DNA of 64,000 nucleotides from an uncultured Thermoanaerobaculia bacterium. GTDB lineage: Bacteria > Acidobacteriota > Thermoanaerobaculia > Multivoradales > SZUA-115. Shown here piece after piece: positions 17,501 through 25,918 of the stretch. Numbering within the stretch: the stretch's first letter is position 1; every line of letters starts with the position of its first letter. Location of the stretch: assembly GCA_964420075.1 (NCBI GenBank), contig CAYQRE010000010.1:77885-141884 (forward strand), written 5' to 3'. Under the pieces are notes generated by a model. The model saw only the letters and a program-made list of their open reading frames with translations, had not been told where the DNA came from and searched no databases. Made by a program: the position numbers and the translations under genes.

Positions 17501-20500
17501 CGCGCGCGAGGAGCCCGCTCGCGACCTCCTCGCGCCGCCCGGCGGCGAGGCCGCAGAGGTCGACGGTGGCGAGCCGCGGCCGGCCCGGCGGGCGCAGACG
17601 CTGCACCGGCTTGCCTGCCACCGTGCCGAAGGTGGCGCGCAGCACGGCGTGGCGGCGCTCGATCTCGGCCAGGGCGCGGGCCAGGGCTGCCGGAGCGAGG
17701 TTGCCGCCGAGATGCACCGCCGCCGGCATGTTGTAGGCACTGCTGCCGGGCTCCAGGCGATCGAGGAACCACAGGCGCTGCTGCCCGAACGAGAGCGGCG
17801 GCCCGGCCTCACCGTCGGTGCCGCGGCGGGGGATCGCCGCCAGGGCCCCCCCGGTGGCCTCCGCTCGCGCGTAGCCCAGCCGCGCCGCGAGCTCCCAGCT
17901 CGCCGCGCCGAGCTCACCCACGTTCGACGCCGCGCGGTCCGCGACGGCTGCCTCGATCCGCCCGTAGCGGTGGAACTTCGGGTCTCCCATCATGCGCCCG
18001 GCGGCGTGCAGGCCGTCGGTCATCCGGCGGCCCTCGTAGGGGCGCAGCATCGCCGGCGCGAAGTCGAGGCCGAGGAAGGCGCAGAGGTGCTCGATCACCC
18101 GCTGCGGCGAGCGCACCAGCTCCTCGAAGCAGAGCCGGTGCTGCCGCTCGGCGGGCACCCCCGCCAGGTGGTCGAGGATGTTGGCGTGCGCCAGCCGCCA
18201 CACCATCTCGGCCTGGCGGCGGGCCGGCAGCGGGAAACGATAGACCTCGTCGAAGCTCGCCTCGAGGTAGGAGTGGATGGTCGCCGCCGGATGGCGCACC
18301 AGGTGGACGTAGAGGGGCGCCTCGAACCACGCCTCGGCGCGCGCGAGGGTCGCGCGGTCGAGGGCGTAGCGGGGCGTCTTGTCGACCAGCAGGCGGGGGG
18401 CCGCCATCGCCTGCAGCTGGCGGTAGAGCTCCTGGCTCGGTGCGTCACGCGCGACGGCCGCGGCCACCCAGGCCGCTGCGGCCTCGGCAGTCGAGCCGGC
18501 GAGCTCCATCACCGCCCGCAACAGCCCCTCGGCGCCGAAGCTGTCGCGGCCGGCGAAGGCCTGGGCGCGGGCGCCGAGAGTCGTGAACCCGAGGAGCTCG
18601 AGCTCGGGCGGCGCGAAGAGACCGGGGTGGCCGGCGAGCATCACCCGCAGCAGGGTCGAGCCGGAGCGAAACGGCGACAGCAGGAAGACGGCGGGCGGGT
18701 TGCGCTCCGCCGGGGCCGCCGACGGCGGCGAGAAGCGGCCCGCGAGGTGGGCGGTGAGGACGGCGAGGTCGGCGGCGTCATCCCGCGGCGCCGCGGCGGC
18801 ATCCGCCGCGGGGTGCGCGATGAGCGCTGGCGCCAGCCAGCCCGCCGCTGCGAGGGCCGGGCGGTAGCTCGCGGTGAGGAAGGCGGCGAAGCGGCGGATG
18901 GTCGGATGGTCGAAGAGGGCCATCACGTAGACGATCGCCCCCAGCTCGCTCTGCAGCCGGTTGATCAGCAGCGCCCCCTGGATCGAGTCGCCACCGAGGG
19001 CGAAGAAGTCGTCCTCGGCGCCGGGGGCGGGCACCCCCAGCTGGGCGCTCCACAGAAGGGCCAAGCGCTCCTCGACCGCGCCGGCGGGCGCGACCCAGGA
19101 GCGAACGGCCCCGGCACCCTCCTCGGCCGGCGCCGGCAAGGCGCGCCGGTCCACCTTGCCGCTCGGCGAGAGCGGCAACGCTGGCAGGTTCACGAAGACG
19201 GCCGGCAGCATGTAGTCCGGCAACCGAGCGGCGAGGTGCGAGCGCAGCGTCGCGACCTCCGGCGCGGCACCAGCCGCCACCAGGTACGCCACCAGGCGCC
19301 CGTCGCGCAGCACCACCACCGACTCGCGCACCGCCGGATGGGCATCGAGCGCCGCCTCGATCTCCCCGAGCTCGATGCGCAGGCCGCGCAGCTTGACCTG
19401 GTGGTCGAGGCGGCCGAGGAAGTCGATGGCGCCGTCTGGCCGGAGGCGGGCCAGGTCGCCGGTAGCGTAGGCCCGGCCACCCGCCCCTTCGGGGGTCGCC
19501 AGCGGGTCCGGCACGAAGCGCTCGGCGGTGAGGCCCGGCCGACCGCGGTAGCCGCGCGCCAGGCCGACCCCGGCGATGTGCAGGTGGCCGGCGGCGCCGA
19601 GGGCCACCGGCCGGCCGGCGCGGTCGAGGACCGCGAGGCGCAGGTTGCTGATCGGGCGGCCGATCGGCACGGCGCGGCCGTCGCCGGCGCGCTCGCGGCC
19701 GCAGGGCCATGCGGTGACGTCGACCGCCGCCTCGGTGGGGCCGTAGAGGTTGTGGAGCTCGGCCGGCAAGAGTGCCGCCGCCCGCTCCACGAGATCGCGG
19801 GGCAGCGCCTCGCCGCTCGCGATCAGCCGCCGCAGCCCGCGGCAGCTCGCCGCCCGCGGGTCGGCGAGGAAGACCTGCAGCATCGAGGGCACGAAGTGCA
19901 GGGTGGTGACCGCCTCGGCGCGGATCAGCTCCACGAGGTAAGCGCTGTCCTGGTGACCGCCGGGGCGGGCGAGGACCAGCTTCGCCCCCACCCGCAGGGG
20001 CCAGAAGAGCTCCCACACCGAGACGTCGAAGCTGATCGGCGTCTTCTGCAGCACCGCCTCGCCGGCAGCGAGCCCGTATTCGGCCTGCATCCAGGCCAGG
20101 CGGTTGACGATCGCCCGGTGGCAGACCATCACCCCTTTCGGCCGCCCGGTGGAACCCGAGGTGAAGAGTACGTAGGCCAGGTTCTCGGGACCGAGGCCGC
20201 TCGCCGGCGGTGCCGCCGCCTCGGCCGGCATGGCCTCATCGTCGAGGAGCAGCCAGCGGCCGGCGGGCAGCCTCTCCACCAGGGCCGCCTGGGTCAACCC
20301 CAAGAGGGCGCCGCCGTCCGCCAGCATGATCGCCAGGCGCTCCGCGGGGTAGGCGGGATCGAGGGGCAGGTAGGCCCCACCCGCCTTGAGCACGGCGTAG
20401 AGCGCCACCATCAGCTCGCAGGAGCGCTCGGCCGCCACCCCCACTACCACCTCGGGGCCGACGCCGAGCCCGCGCAGGCGATGGGCGAGGGCGTTGGCGC

Positions 20501-23500
20501 GGCGGTCGAGCTCGCCGTAGCTCAGGATGCGGCCCTCGGCGACCAGCGCCACCGCCGCGGGGGTGCGCGCCGCCTGCGCCTCGAAGGGGGCCAGCAGCAG
20601 GCCGGCATCGAGGCCGGCGACGGCCGTGTCGTTCCACTCGGCCGCCAGCTGCTGGCGCTCGCCCGGCGCCAGGAGCGGCAGCTCCCCGAGCGGTAGGCGC
20701 GGGTCCGCCACGGCGGCGGCGAGGAGGCGCGTGAAGGCGCCCGTCCAGCGGTCGACCGTGGTGGCATCGAAGAGGTCGCGGCTGTACTTGGTGACCGCGA
20801 CGAGCCCGTCGCTGGCGGGCTGGAGCGACAGCGCCAAGTCGAAACGGGCGGTGCCGGTGTCGACCTCCTCGGCGATCGCCGTGAGGCCCGGCGGCGGCGT
20901 CACCAGCAGGGGCGCGTTCTGCAGCACCAGCATCACCTGCACGAGTGGCGTGTGGGCGAGGTTGCGCTCCGGCACCAGCTCGTCGACCAAGCGCTCGAAG
21001 GGCACCTCGCGGTCGGCGAGGGCGGCGAGCACCCCCTGGCGGCAGCGGCCGAGGAGGGCGAGGAAGTCGAGGTCCGGCGCCAGCTGGGTGCGCAGGGGCA
21101 GGGTGTTGACGAAGAGGCCGACCATCGCCTCGAGCTCCGGGCGGTCGCGGTTCGCCACCGCCGAGCCGACCACCAGATCCCGCTGGCCAGTGAGCCGGTA
21201 GAGCAGGGCCTGGAAGGCGGCGAGGTAGACCATGAACGGGCTGGCGTCCTGGGCGGCGGCGAGGGCGGCGACGCCGGCGACGAGCGGTGCCGGTAGGGCA
21301 TGCCGGCGATGGCCGCCGCGGAAGCTCTGCTGCGCCGGCCGCGGGCGGTCGGCAGGCAGGCTCACCAGGGGTGGCGCCCCGGCCAGCCGCGCGCGCCAGG
21401 CGGCGAGCTGGGCTACCGCGTGCGGCTCGGCGAGGCGCGCCTGCTGCCAAGCGGCGAAGTCCCCGTAGTCGATCTCGAGGGCGGCGAGGGGCGCGGCCGC
21501 CCCCGCGGCGTTCGTGGCGTAGAGGGCCATCAGCTCGCGCAGCAGCACGCCGAACGACCAGCCATCGCTCACGATGTGATGGGCGGCGACGAGGAGGGCG
21601 TGTTCGTCCTCGCCCAGGCGGGCGACGGCAGCGCGCCAGAGCGGCCCACGAGCGAGCGAGAAGGGCCGGCGCGAACCCTGCCGGAGGACCGCGGCGAGCG
21701 CCTGCGGGCAGCCCTGGAGGTCCACCATCGGGATGGCTGGTCCTCCCGGTGCCGCCGGGGCCACCACCTGCACGGCGGCGCCGGCGTCCACGTGGATCGT
21801 GCTGCGCAGGGCCTCGTGGCGGCACACCAAGCCACGCCAGGCAGCTGCCAGCGGGGCGAGCCGCAGGGGCCCGGCGAGCTGCACCCCGACGCCGAGGTTG
21901 TAGGCCGGGTTGCCGGGATCCAGCTGGTCGAGAAACCACAGGCGGCACTGCGGCGACGACAGCGGCAACGGACGGTCGCGGGGTTGGCGCGGCAGGGGCC
22001 CGGCGGCGGGCGCCGCTGCCGTGGCGAGCCGGGCAGCGAGGGCGGCGAGGGTGGGCGCCGCGAAGAGCTCTGCGAGCGAGACGGCGAGGCCGATGCCTTC
22101 CAGGCGGGCGAGGAGCTGGCTGCCGCGCACCGAGTCCCCACCGAGGGCGAAGAAGCTGTCGGTGGCCCCCACGCTGCCGGCCGGCAGGCTCAAGACCTCC
22201 TCCCAAAGGCGGGCGAGGAGCACCTCCTCGGCGCTGCGCGGCGCGAGCTGCGCCGGCCCGGCGGCGAGGGGGCCGGCGAATTGCCCGACCGCCGGCAGCT
22301 CGCCGGCCAGGAAGAGCTGGCGGCAGGCGCTGCGCTGGACCTTGCCGCTCGTCGTCTTGGGCACGCCGCCGGGCTTGACCAGCACCAGCGTGGCGAGCTC
22401 GATCTCGTGTTCCTCCGCCACCGCCTGGCGGGCGGCGAGCGCCACTTCCTCCGGCACGGCGCGGGCGCGCAGATCGATCTCCTGCACCACCACCAACCGT
22501 TCCTCGCCGGCCGCCTCGACGGCGAAGGCGGCGACGCCACCCGGGCGCATGGCGGGGTGACTGCGCTCGACGCTGGCCTCGATGTCCTGCGGGTAGAGGT
22601 TGCGGCCGCGGATCAGGATCAGGTCCTTGCGGCGGCCGGTGACGAAGAGCTCGCCGCCAGCGAGGATGCCGAGGTCGCCCGTGCGCAGGTAGCTGCCGGG
22701 CTCACCCGCGAGCCGGGCGCCGAAGGCCTCGGCGGTGGCCTCCTCGCGCTGCCAGTAGCCGGCGGCGACCCCGGCCCCGGCCACCCACAGCTCGCCGACG
22801 CTGCCCGGCGGGCACGGCTCGCCGCGCTCCGCGTCCACCACCCGCACGGTGACGCCGCTCGGCATTTGGCCGCTGCTCACCAGCTCGCGCACCGCCGGCG
22901 CCTCGCCCGCCGCGGCGGGCTCCACCCGACCCGCGGCGAGCGCCTCGCTCGCCAGCCGCAGGCGCGCCGGTGAGGCGGCGGCACGAACGCCTGAAACCAG
23001 CAACGTCGCCTCGGCGAGGCCGTAGCAGGGAAAGAATGCCGTGGCCCGAAAGCCGGCACCGGCAAGGGCAGCCGCGAAGCGATCGAGGGTCTCGGCGCGC
23101 ACCGGCTCGGCGCCGTTGAAGGCCACCCGCCAGGCGGCGAGGTCGAGGCCGGCGCAGTCTCCCTCCGTGAGGCGGCGCGCACACAGGTCGTAAGCGAAGT
23201 TCGGTCCGCCGCTCACCGTCGCGCGGTGGCGGTCCACCGCCGCCAACCAACGCGCCGGCCGCTGCAGGAAATGAAGCGGCGACATCAAGATGCAGCGCGC
23301 ACCGAGGAAGAGGGGATGGAGCAAGCCGCCGATCAGGCCCATGTCGTGGTAGAGCGGCAACCAGCTCACCACCACCGTGCGCTCATCGGTGCGGAAGGCC
23401 TCGGCGATCATCCGCTGGTTGGCCAGCAGGTTGCCGTGGGTGACCATCACGCCCTTGGGCTCGCTGGTCGAGCCCGAGGTGTACTGCAAGAAGGCGAGGT

Positions 23501-24107
23501 CCTGCGGCCCGGGCGCCGCCGGGCGCCAGCTGGCCGCCAGCGCGCGGTCGAGGCGATCGGTGGCGAGGCGCGGCAGCGTGGTGGTGGCCGGCCGCTCACG
23601 CCCGAGGCGCTCCCAAGTGCTCTCCAGGCTGGCCGCCGTGAGCACCGCCGCGGGCGCCGCGTCGGCGACGATGGACAGCAAACGCGGCAGGCCGCGGCTG
23701 CCCGTGGGCGGGTAGGCGGGCACCGCCACCAGCCCGGCGTAAAGGCAGCCGAGGAAGCTCACGGCATAGTCGAGGCCGGGAGGCAGCAGGAGCAGCACGC
23801 GCGCCGCCGGCGCCAGCCGCTGCTGGGCGAGCCATGCCGCCACGGCCCGCGCGGCACGATCGAGCTCGCCATAGCTCAGCGCCTGCTCGTCGCCGTCGCC
23901 GTCCGCGAGCCAGACGCAGGCCACGCGCTCCGCATGGGCGCCGGCGCGCCAGCGCAGGAGATCCACCAGAGAGTTGACCTCGGCGGGAGCGCCCTCGGGG
24001 CCGCGGGACGGTGGGCTGCGGGTCTCTGCTGGTCTCGACATCACGCTGCGTTCGCTGGGTCTCTTGCTGGGATCGCTCGGAGTAGGGCCGCCCATGGAGA
24101 CAACCAA
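14565..24107 (-). CDS. Lipoinitiating NRPS: FAAL-ACP-C-A(Ser)-PCP-sulfotransferase-C-A(Gly)-PCP-docking domain
   Basis: FAAL LAFLQYTSGST, WLPLYHDMGLIG, CYGLAEATL, GRRKDLI, KTTSGK with the FAAL-specific insertion. A1 code read as DVWHISLVDK (Ser); A2 DISQLGVVWK (Gly-like). Internal ST motifs; Arg-rich C-terminal docking helix. True start uncertain (ATG 24041, 24095 or 24107). Confidence 0.95.
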   Translation of the reverse strand: MVVSMGGPTPSDPSKRPSERSVMSRPAETRSPPSRGPEGAPAEVNSLVDLLRWRAGAHAERVACVWLADGDGDEQALSYGELDRAARAVAAWLAQQRLAPAARVLLLLPPGLDYAVSFLGCLYAGLVAVPAYPPTGSRGLPRLLSIVADAAPAAVLTAASLESTWERLGRERPATTTLPRLATDRLDRALAASWRPAAPGPQDLAFLQYTSGSTSEPKGVMVTHGNLLANQRMIAEAFRTDERTVVVSWLPLYHDMGLIGGLLHPLFLGARCILMSPLHFLQRPARWLAAVDRHRATVSGGPNFAYDLCARRLTEGDCAGLDLAAWRVAFNGAEPVRAETLDRFAAALAGAGFRATAFFPCYGLAEATLLVSGVRAAASPARLRLASEALAAGRVEPAAAGEAPAVRELVSSGQMPSGVTVRVVDAERGEPCPPGSVGELWVAGAGVAAGYWQREEATAEAFGARLAGEPGSYLRTGDLGILAGGELFVTGRRKDLILIRGRNLYPQDIEASVERSHPAMRPGGVAAFAVEAAGEERLVVVQEIDLRARAVPEEVALAARQAVAEEHEIELATLVLVKPGGVPKTTSGKVQRSACRQLFLAGELPAVGQFAGPLAAGPAQLAPRSAEEVLLARLWEEVLSLPAGSVGATDSFFALGGDSVRGSQLLARLEGIGLAVSLAELFAAPTLAALAARLATAAAPAAGPLPRQPRDRPLPLSSPQCRLWFLDQLDPGNPAYNLGVGVQLAGPLRLAPLAAAWRGLVCRHEALRSTIHVDAGAAVQVVAPAAPGGPAIPMVDLQGCPQALAAVLRQGSRRPFSLARGPLWRAAVARLGEDEHALLVAAHHIVSDGWSFGVLLRELMALYATNAAGAAAPLAALEIDYGDFAAWQQARLAEPHAVAQLAAWRARLAGAPPLVSLPADRPRPAQQSFRGGHRRHALPAPLVAGVAALAAAQDASPFMVYLAAFQALLYRLTGQRDLVVGSAVANRDRPELEAMVGLFVNTLPLRTQLAPDLDFLALLGRCRQGVLAALADREVPFERLVDELVPERNLAHTPLVQVMLVLQNAPLLVTPPPGLTAIAEEVDTGTARFDLALSLQPASDGLVAVTKYSRDLFDATTVDRWTGAFTRLLAAAVADPRLPLGELPLLAPGERQQLAAEWNDTAVAGLDAGLLLAPFEAQAARTPAAVALVAEGRILSYGELDRRANALAHRLRGLGVGPEVVVGVAAERSCELMVALYAVLKAGGAYLPLDPAYPAERLAIMLADGGALLGLTQAALVERLPAGRWLLLDDEAMPAEAAAPPASGLGPENLAYVLFTSGSTGRPKGVMVCHRAIVNRLAWMQAEYGLAAGEAVLQKTPISFDVSVWELFWPLRVGAKLVLARPGGHQDSAYLVELIRAEAVTTLHFVPSMLQVFLADPRAASCRGLRRLIASGEALPRDLVERAAALLPAELHNLYGPTEAAVDVTAWPCGRERAGDGRAVPIGRPISNLRLAVLDRAGRPVALGAAGHLHIAGVGLARGYRGRPGLTAERFVPDPLATPEGAGGRAYATGDLARLRPDGAIDFLGRLDHQVKLRGLRIELGEIEAALDAHPAVRESVVVLRDGRLVAYLVAAGAAPEVATLRSHLAARLPDYMLPAVFVNLPALPLSPSGKVDRRALPAPAEEGAGAVRSWVAPAGAVEERLALLWSAQLGVPAPGAEDDFFALGGDSIQGALLINRLQSELGAIVYVMALFDHPTIRRFAAFLTASYRPALAAAGWLAPALIAHPAADAAAAPRDDAADLAVLTAHLAGRFSPPSAAPAERNPPAVFLLSPFRSGSTLLRVMLAGHPGLFAPPELELLGFTTLGARAQAFAGRDSFGAEGLLRAVMELAGSTAEAAAAWVAAAVARDAPSQELYRQLQAMAAPRLLVDKTPRYALDRATLARAEAWFEAPLYVHLVRHPAATIHSYLEASFDEVYRFPLPARRQAEMVWRLAHANILDHLAGVPAERQHRLCFEELVRSPQRVIEHLCAFLGLDFAPAMLRPYEGRRMTDGLHAAGRMMGDPKFHRYGRIEAAVADRAASNVGELGAASWELAARLGYARAEATGGALAAIPRRGTDGEAGPPLSFGQQRLWFLDRLEPGSSAYNMPAAVHLGGNLAPAALARALAEIERRHAVLRATFGTVAGKPVQRLRPPGRPRLATVDLCGLAAGRREEVASGLLARGARRPFDLARGPLWRLSLLRLAAGEHQLLLNLHHIVCDGWSVALLTRELAALYAAFVAGAPSPLAPLPLDYADFAAWQRAHLAGPAYGELVAYWRRQLAGAPPLLQLPTDRPRPAVETHRGTRLPFRLPPALVAAARVLGSRHGATLFMVLLAALTALLRRLSGETDIAVGAPVAGRNRTEIEGLIGLFMNTLVLRTALPGDPPFADLLAAARQASLAAARHEELPFEKLVEELGVERSLGHAPLFVVMLALQNAPPARLALPGLALERLDLTTDSAKFDLTVDLAEQPDGGLAGSLELNLDLFDRTTIDRFGGQLAALLASAVARPAAPLAQLAALTAAERQQLVVEVNDSAAPLPAAGSVWEWVAATAARDPARQAVRAVGAELSYGALIAQATAWAAELARRGVGPEVAVAICSERTPAMLVAVLAVLAAGGAYVPLDPALPAARLAHMLADSGASLVLAERALAATLDAAGAELAARGGPPPAVAWLEAAPPPAPGPWRSPAHGESVAYVIYTSGSTGRPKGVSVRQRGVLNYLSTMAERPGMTADDVVMAVTTLSFDIAVSELLLPLVVGARIELVRREVVADPRELAAALTVAGATVMQATPTTFGLLLDGGWAGQPGLKVLCGGEPLPRSLADRLLPRVGELWNVYGPTETTVWSTAERLGATPEVSIGRPLANTTVHLAGRHGELAPLGAAGELLIGGEGLARGYHGRAGLAAERFVPDPWGAAGARLYRTGDLARRLADGRLEHLGRRDHQVKIRGFRLELGEIEAVLLAHPAVRQAVVVVHGTGSAARLVAYVVQEAGGDLAWDTLRTYLAETLPPPMVPSLALFLPALPLLPSGKVDRRGLPEPGHERPQLGAAFVSPQSEAERRIAAIWQQVLGVERVGVHDNFFDLGGHSLAAAEVHGRLREEMGSELPLLELFRHPTVQGLARRLQAAAGLDEPLAGQLGGLHERAREEREARERRRRALARRR
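17870..18700 (-). other. Sulfotransferase domain embedded in the NRPS between PCP1 and C2 (boundaries approximate)
   Basis: AVFLLSPFRSGSTLL (5'-phosphosulfate loop), PPEL, VDKTPRY, HLVRHPAATIHS (3'-phosphate binding), FEELVRSPQRVIEHLCAFLGL, GDPKF. Confidence 0.88.
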
Positions 24108-24205
24108 ATGGTGATAAACAAGAGATGCGATTTTGGGCCGAAACGGGACGCTGAAACGCCACCAAAGCGCGCCCGCAAGGGCGAAATAACGAGCGAGCCG
24201 GGACG

Positions 24206-25918
24206 ATGACGAGCACGATCAAGCTGGACCTGACGACGACCTCGGCGACGACCTCGGCGACGATCGTCACCCTGCGGCACCGCGCTCTCGGGCTTCTCGC
24301 CGGCGGCTTGCTGGCCCCCTGCCTGGCGACCCTGGTCTTCGCCGCGATGCCGGCAGCAGGCGACGCGGCTCCAGCCGACAGGCGGGTGAGCACACCGGCC
24401 CCGGCGGGCACCACGCGCATGGTGGGCCGGGTGGGCGAAGCCATCGCCAGCGACCCCGAAGGCCGCCACCTGGTGGCTGCCTGGGAGAGCATCCAGGGCT
24501 TCTGTGGCCCGCCCCTCGGCAAGGACTGCCCACCGCCTTCCCGGCCCGGACTGACCGAGACCGCGTACTCGGCCGACGGCGGGCAGAGCTGGGTGGAGCT
24601 CGGGGCACCGCCGGTGGTCGACGGCGCGATGACCGGCGGCCACCCGTGGCTCGACGTCGGCGGCCGCGACGGCGCCACGTTCTTCCTCGCCAACCGCGCC
24701 CGCGCCCTCGCGCCGGAGCCCGCGGGCTTCGTGCCCGGCGGCCCTGGCCAGGTGGGTATCACCCTCCACCGCGGCCACTTCCAGAATGGCCGGTTCAGCT
24801 GGGACGACGGCAAGCTCCTCGCGCCGGCTGCGGCGGGCGATGTATGGCGCAGCCCGGCGATCGCCGCCGCCAAGGACGGCAGCGGTCGGCTCGTCCTGGC
24901 GATCAGCAACCTGCGGGGGATCTGCGGCTCGCCGGCCCGCTCCGGCGGCCAGATCGAGCTGCTCAGCAGCAGCGACGACGGCGCCACCTGGGAAGGACCG
25001 GTGATCGTCGGCCTCGACACCACGGCCGAGACCAAAGACCCCAAGGACCGCCTGTGCGGCCTCTCCGCCGCTTTTCAGCTGGCCCCCAGCCTGGCCCTGG
25101 GGCCGGAGGGCGAGGTCTACCTGCTGTGGCAGTTCGGGCCCTTCTTCTTCTCGCCCGACCTCTCGAAGATGGCGCCGATGGTCAACGTGCGCTTCGCGCG
25201 CTCGCTCGACGGCGGCAGGACGTGGAGCTATCCGAAGGACCTGGCGCTGCCCAGCTCGTTGCGCCAGGGCCCGCCCGTCGCCTACAGCAAGGACGCGATC
25301 AACGACTTCCCTCGCCTGGCGGTCGCCACGGCCGGGCCGCACCGCGGCCGTCTCTACGTCACCTACGCGAGCACCGTGGCGCCCGTGCTGGCGCCAGCCA
25401 CCAGCCAGACCGTGACGTCGTCGCAGGTCTACCTGCTCACCTCAGACGACCGTGGCAAGACCTGGAGCGACCCCCTGCCCTTGAGCCCCGAGCCACCGCC
25501 CACCGGCCTCAAGCGGCTCTGGCCGACGGTGGCCGTGCTGGCGGACGGCACCGTCGAGGCGATCTATCTCGAAAGCCAGGAACGGCAGGTGACGCCGGCC
25601 GCGGACGACGCCGAGTGCAGCAAGAAGCTCGTCTCCGGCGAGGTGCGCAGCGGCCGCGTGAGCTCGCTCGTGGACCTCTACCGCGTGCGCTCGACCAACG
25701 GCGGCGCGAGCTTCGGCGTGCCCGAGCGGCTCACCTCGACGACCACCAACTGGTGCACGGTGGCGGACGATCCGGTGAGCATCCTGTTCACCAACTTCGG
25801 GGACTACCTCGGTCTCGCTGCGGCGCGGGAGCGGGCCTTCGCCCTCTGGACCGACGGCCGCGGCGGGGTACCCGAGCCCTACTTCCGGGCCCTCGGCCCG
25901 CCGGGAGGCCTGCGATGA
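24206..25918 (+). CDS. Exported BNR/Asp-box repeat (sialidase-fold beta-propeller) protein
   Basis: Signal-like LAGGLLAPCLATLVFAAMPAAG; five Asp-boxes YSADGGQSW, SSDDGATW, RSLDGGRTW, TSDDRGKTW, RSTNGGASF. Start may be downstream of 24206. Confidence 0.82.
   Translation: MTSTIKLDLTTTSATTSATIVTLRHRALGLLAGGLLAPCLATLVFAAMPAAGDAAPADRRVSTPAPAGTTRMVGRVGEAIASDPEGRHLVAAWESIQGFCGPPLGKDCPPPSRPGLTETAYSADGGQSWVELGAPPVVDGAMTGGHPWLDVGGRDGATFFLANRARALAPEPAGFVPGGPGQVGITLHRGHFQNGRFSWDDGKLLAPAAAGDVWRSPAIAAAKDGSGRLVLAISNLRGICGSPARSGGQIELLSSSDDGATWEGPVIVGLDTTAETKDPKDRLCGLSAAFQLAPSLALGPEGEVYLLWQFGPFFFSPDLSKMAPMVNVRFARSLDGGRTWSYPKDLALPSSLRQGPPVAYSKDAINDFPRLAVATAGPHRGRLYVTYASTVAPVLAPATSQTVTSSQVYLLTSDDRGKTWSDPLPLSPEPPPTGLKRLWPTVAVLADGTVEAIYLESQERQVTPAADDAECSKKLVSGEVRSGRVSSLVDLYRVRSTNGGASFGVPERLTSTTTNWCTVADDPVSILFTNFGDYLGLAAARERAFALWTDGRGGVPEPYFRALGPPGGLR

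Noticed and set aside
7306-20696. Very long plus-strand ORFs (7306-15048, 14631-20696) and many other shadow ORFs
   Set aside because: They are antisense or off-frame to motif-rich NRPS/PKS genes, have no recognisable motifs, and are expected from stop-codon scarcity in high-GC DNA.
24229-24262. Short acgacctcggcg tandem repeat at the start of the Asp-box gene
   Set aside because: Only about two units with no spacers, so not CRISPR; a simple low-complexity duplication.
24206-25918. Calling the Asp-box protein a true sialidase
   Set aside because: Asp-boxes are present but I could not identify the RIP/Arg-triad catalytic motifs.
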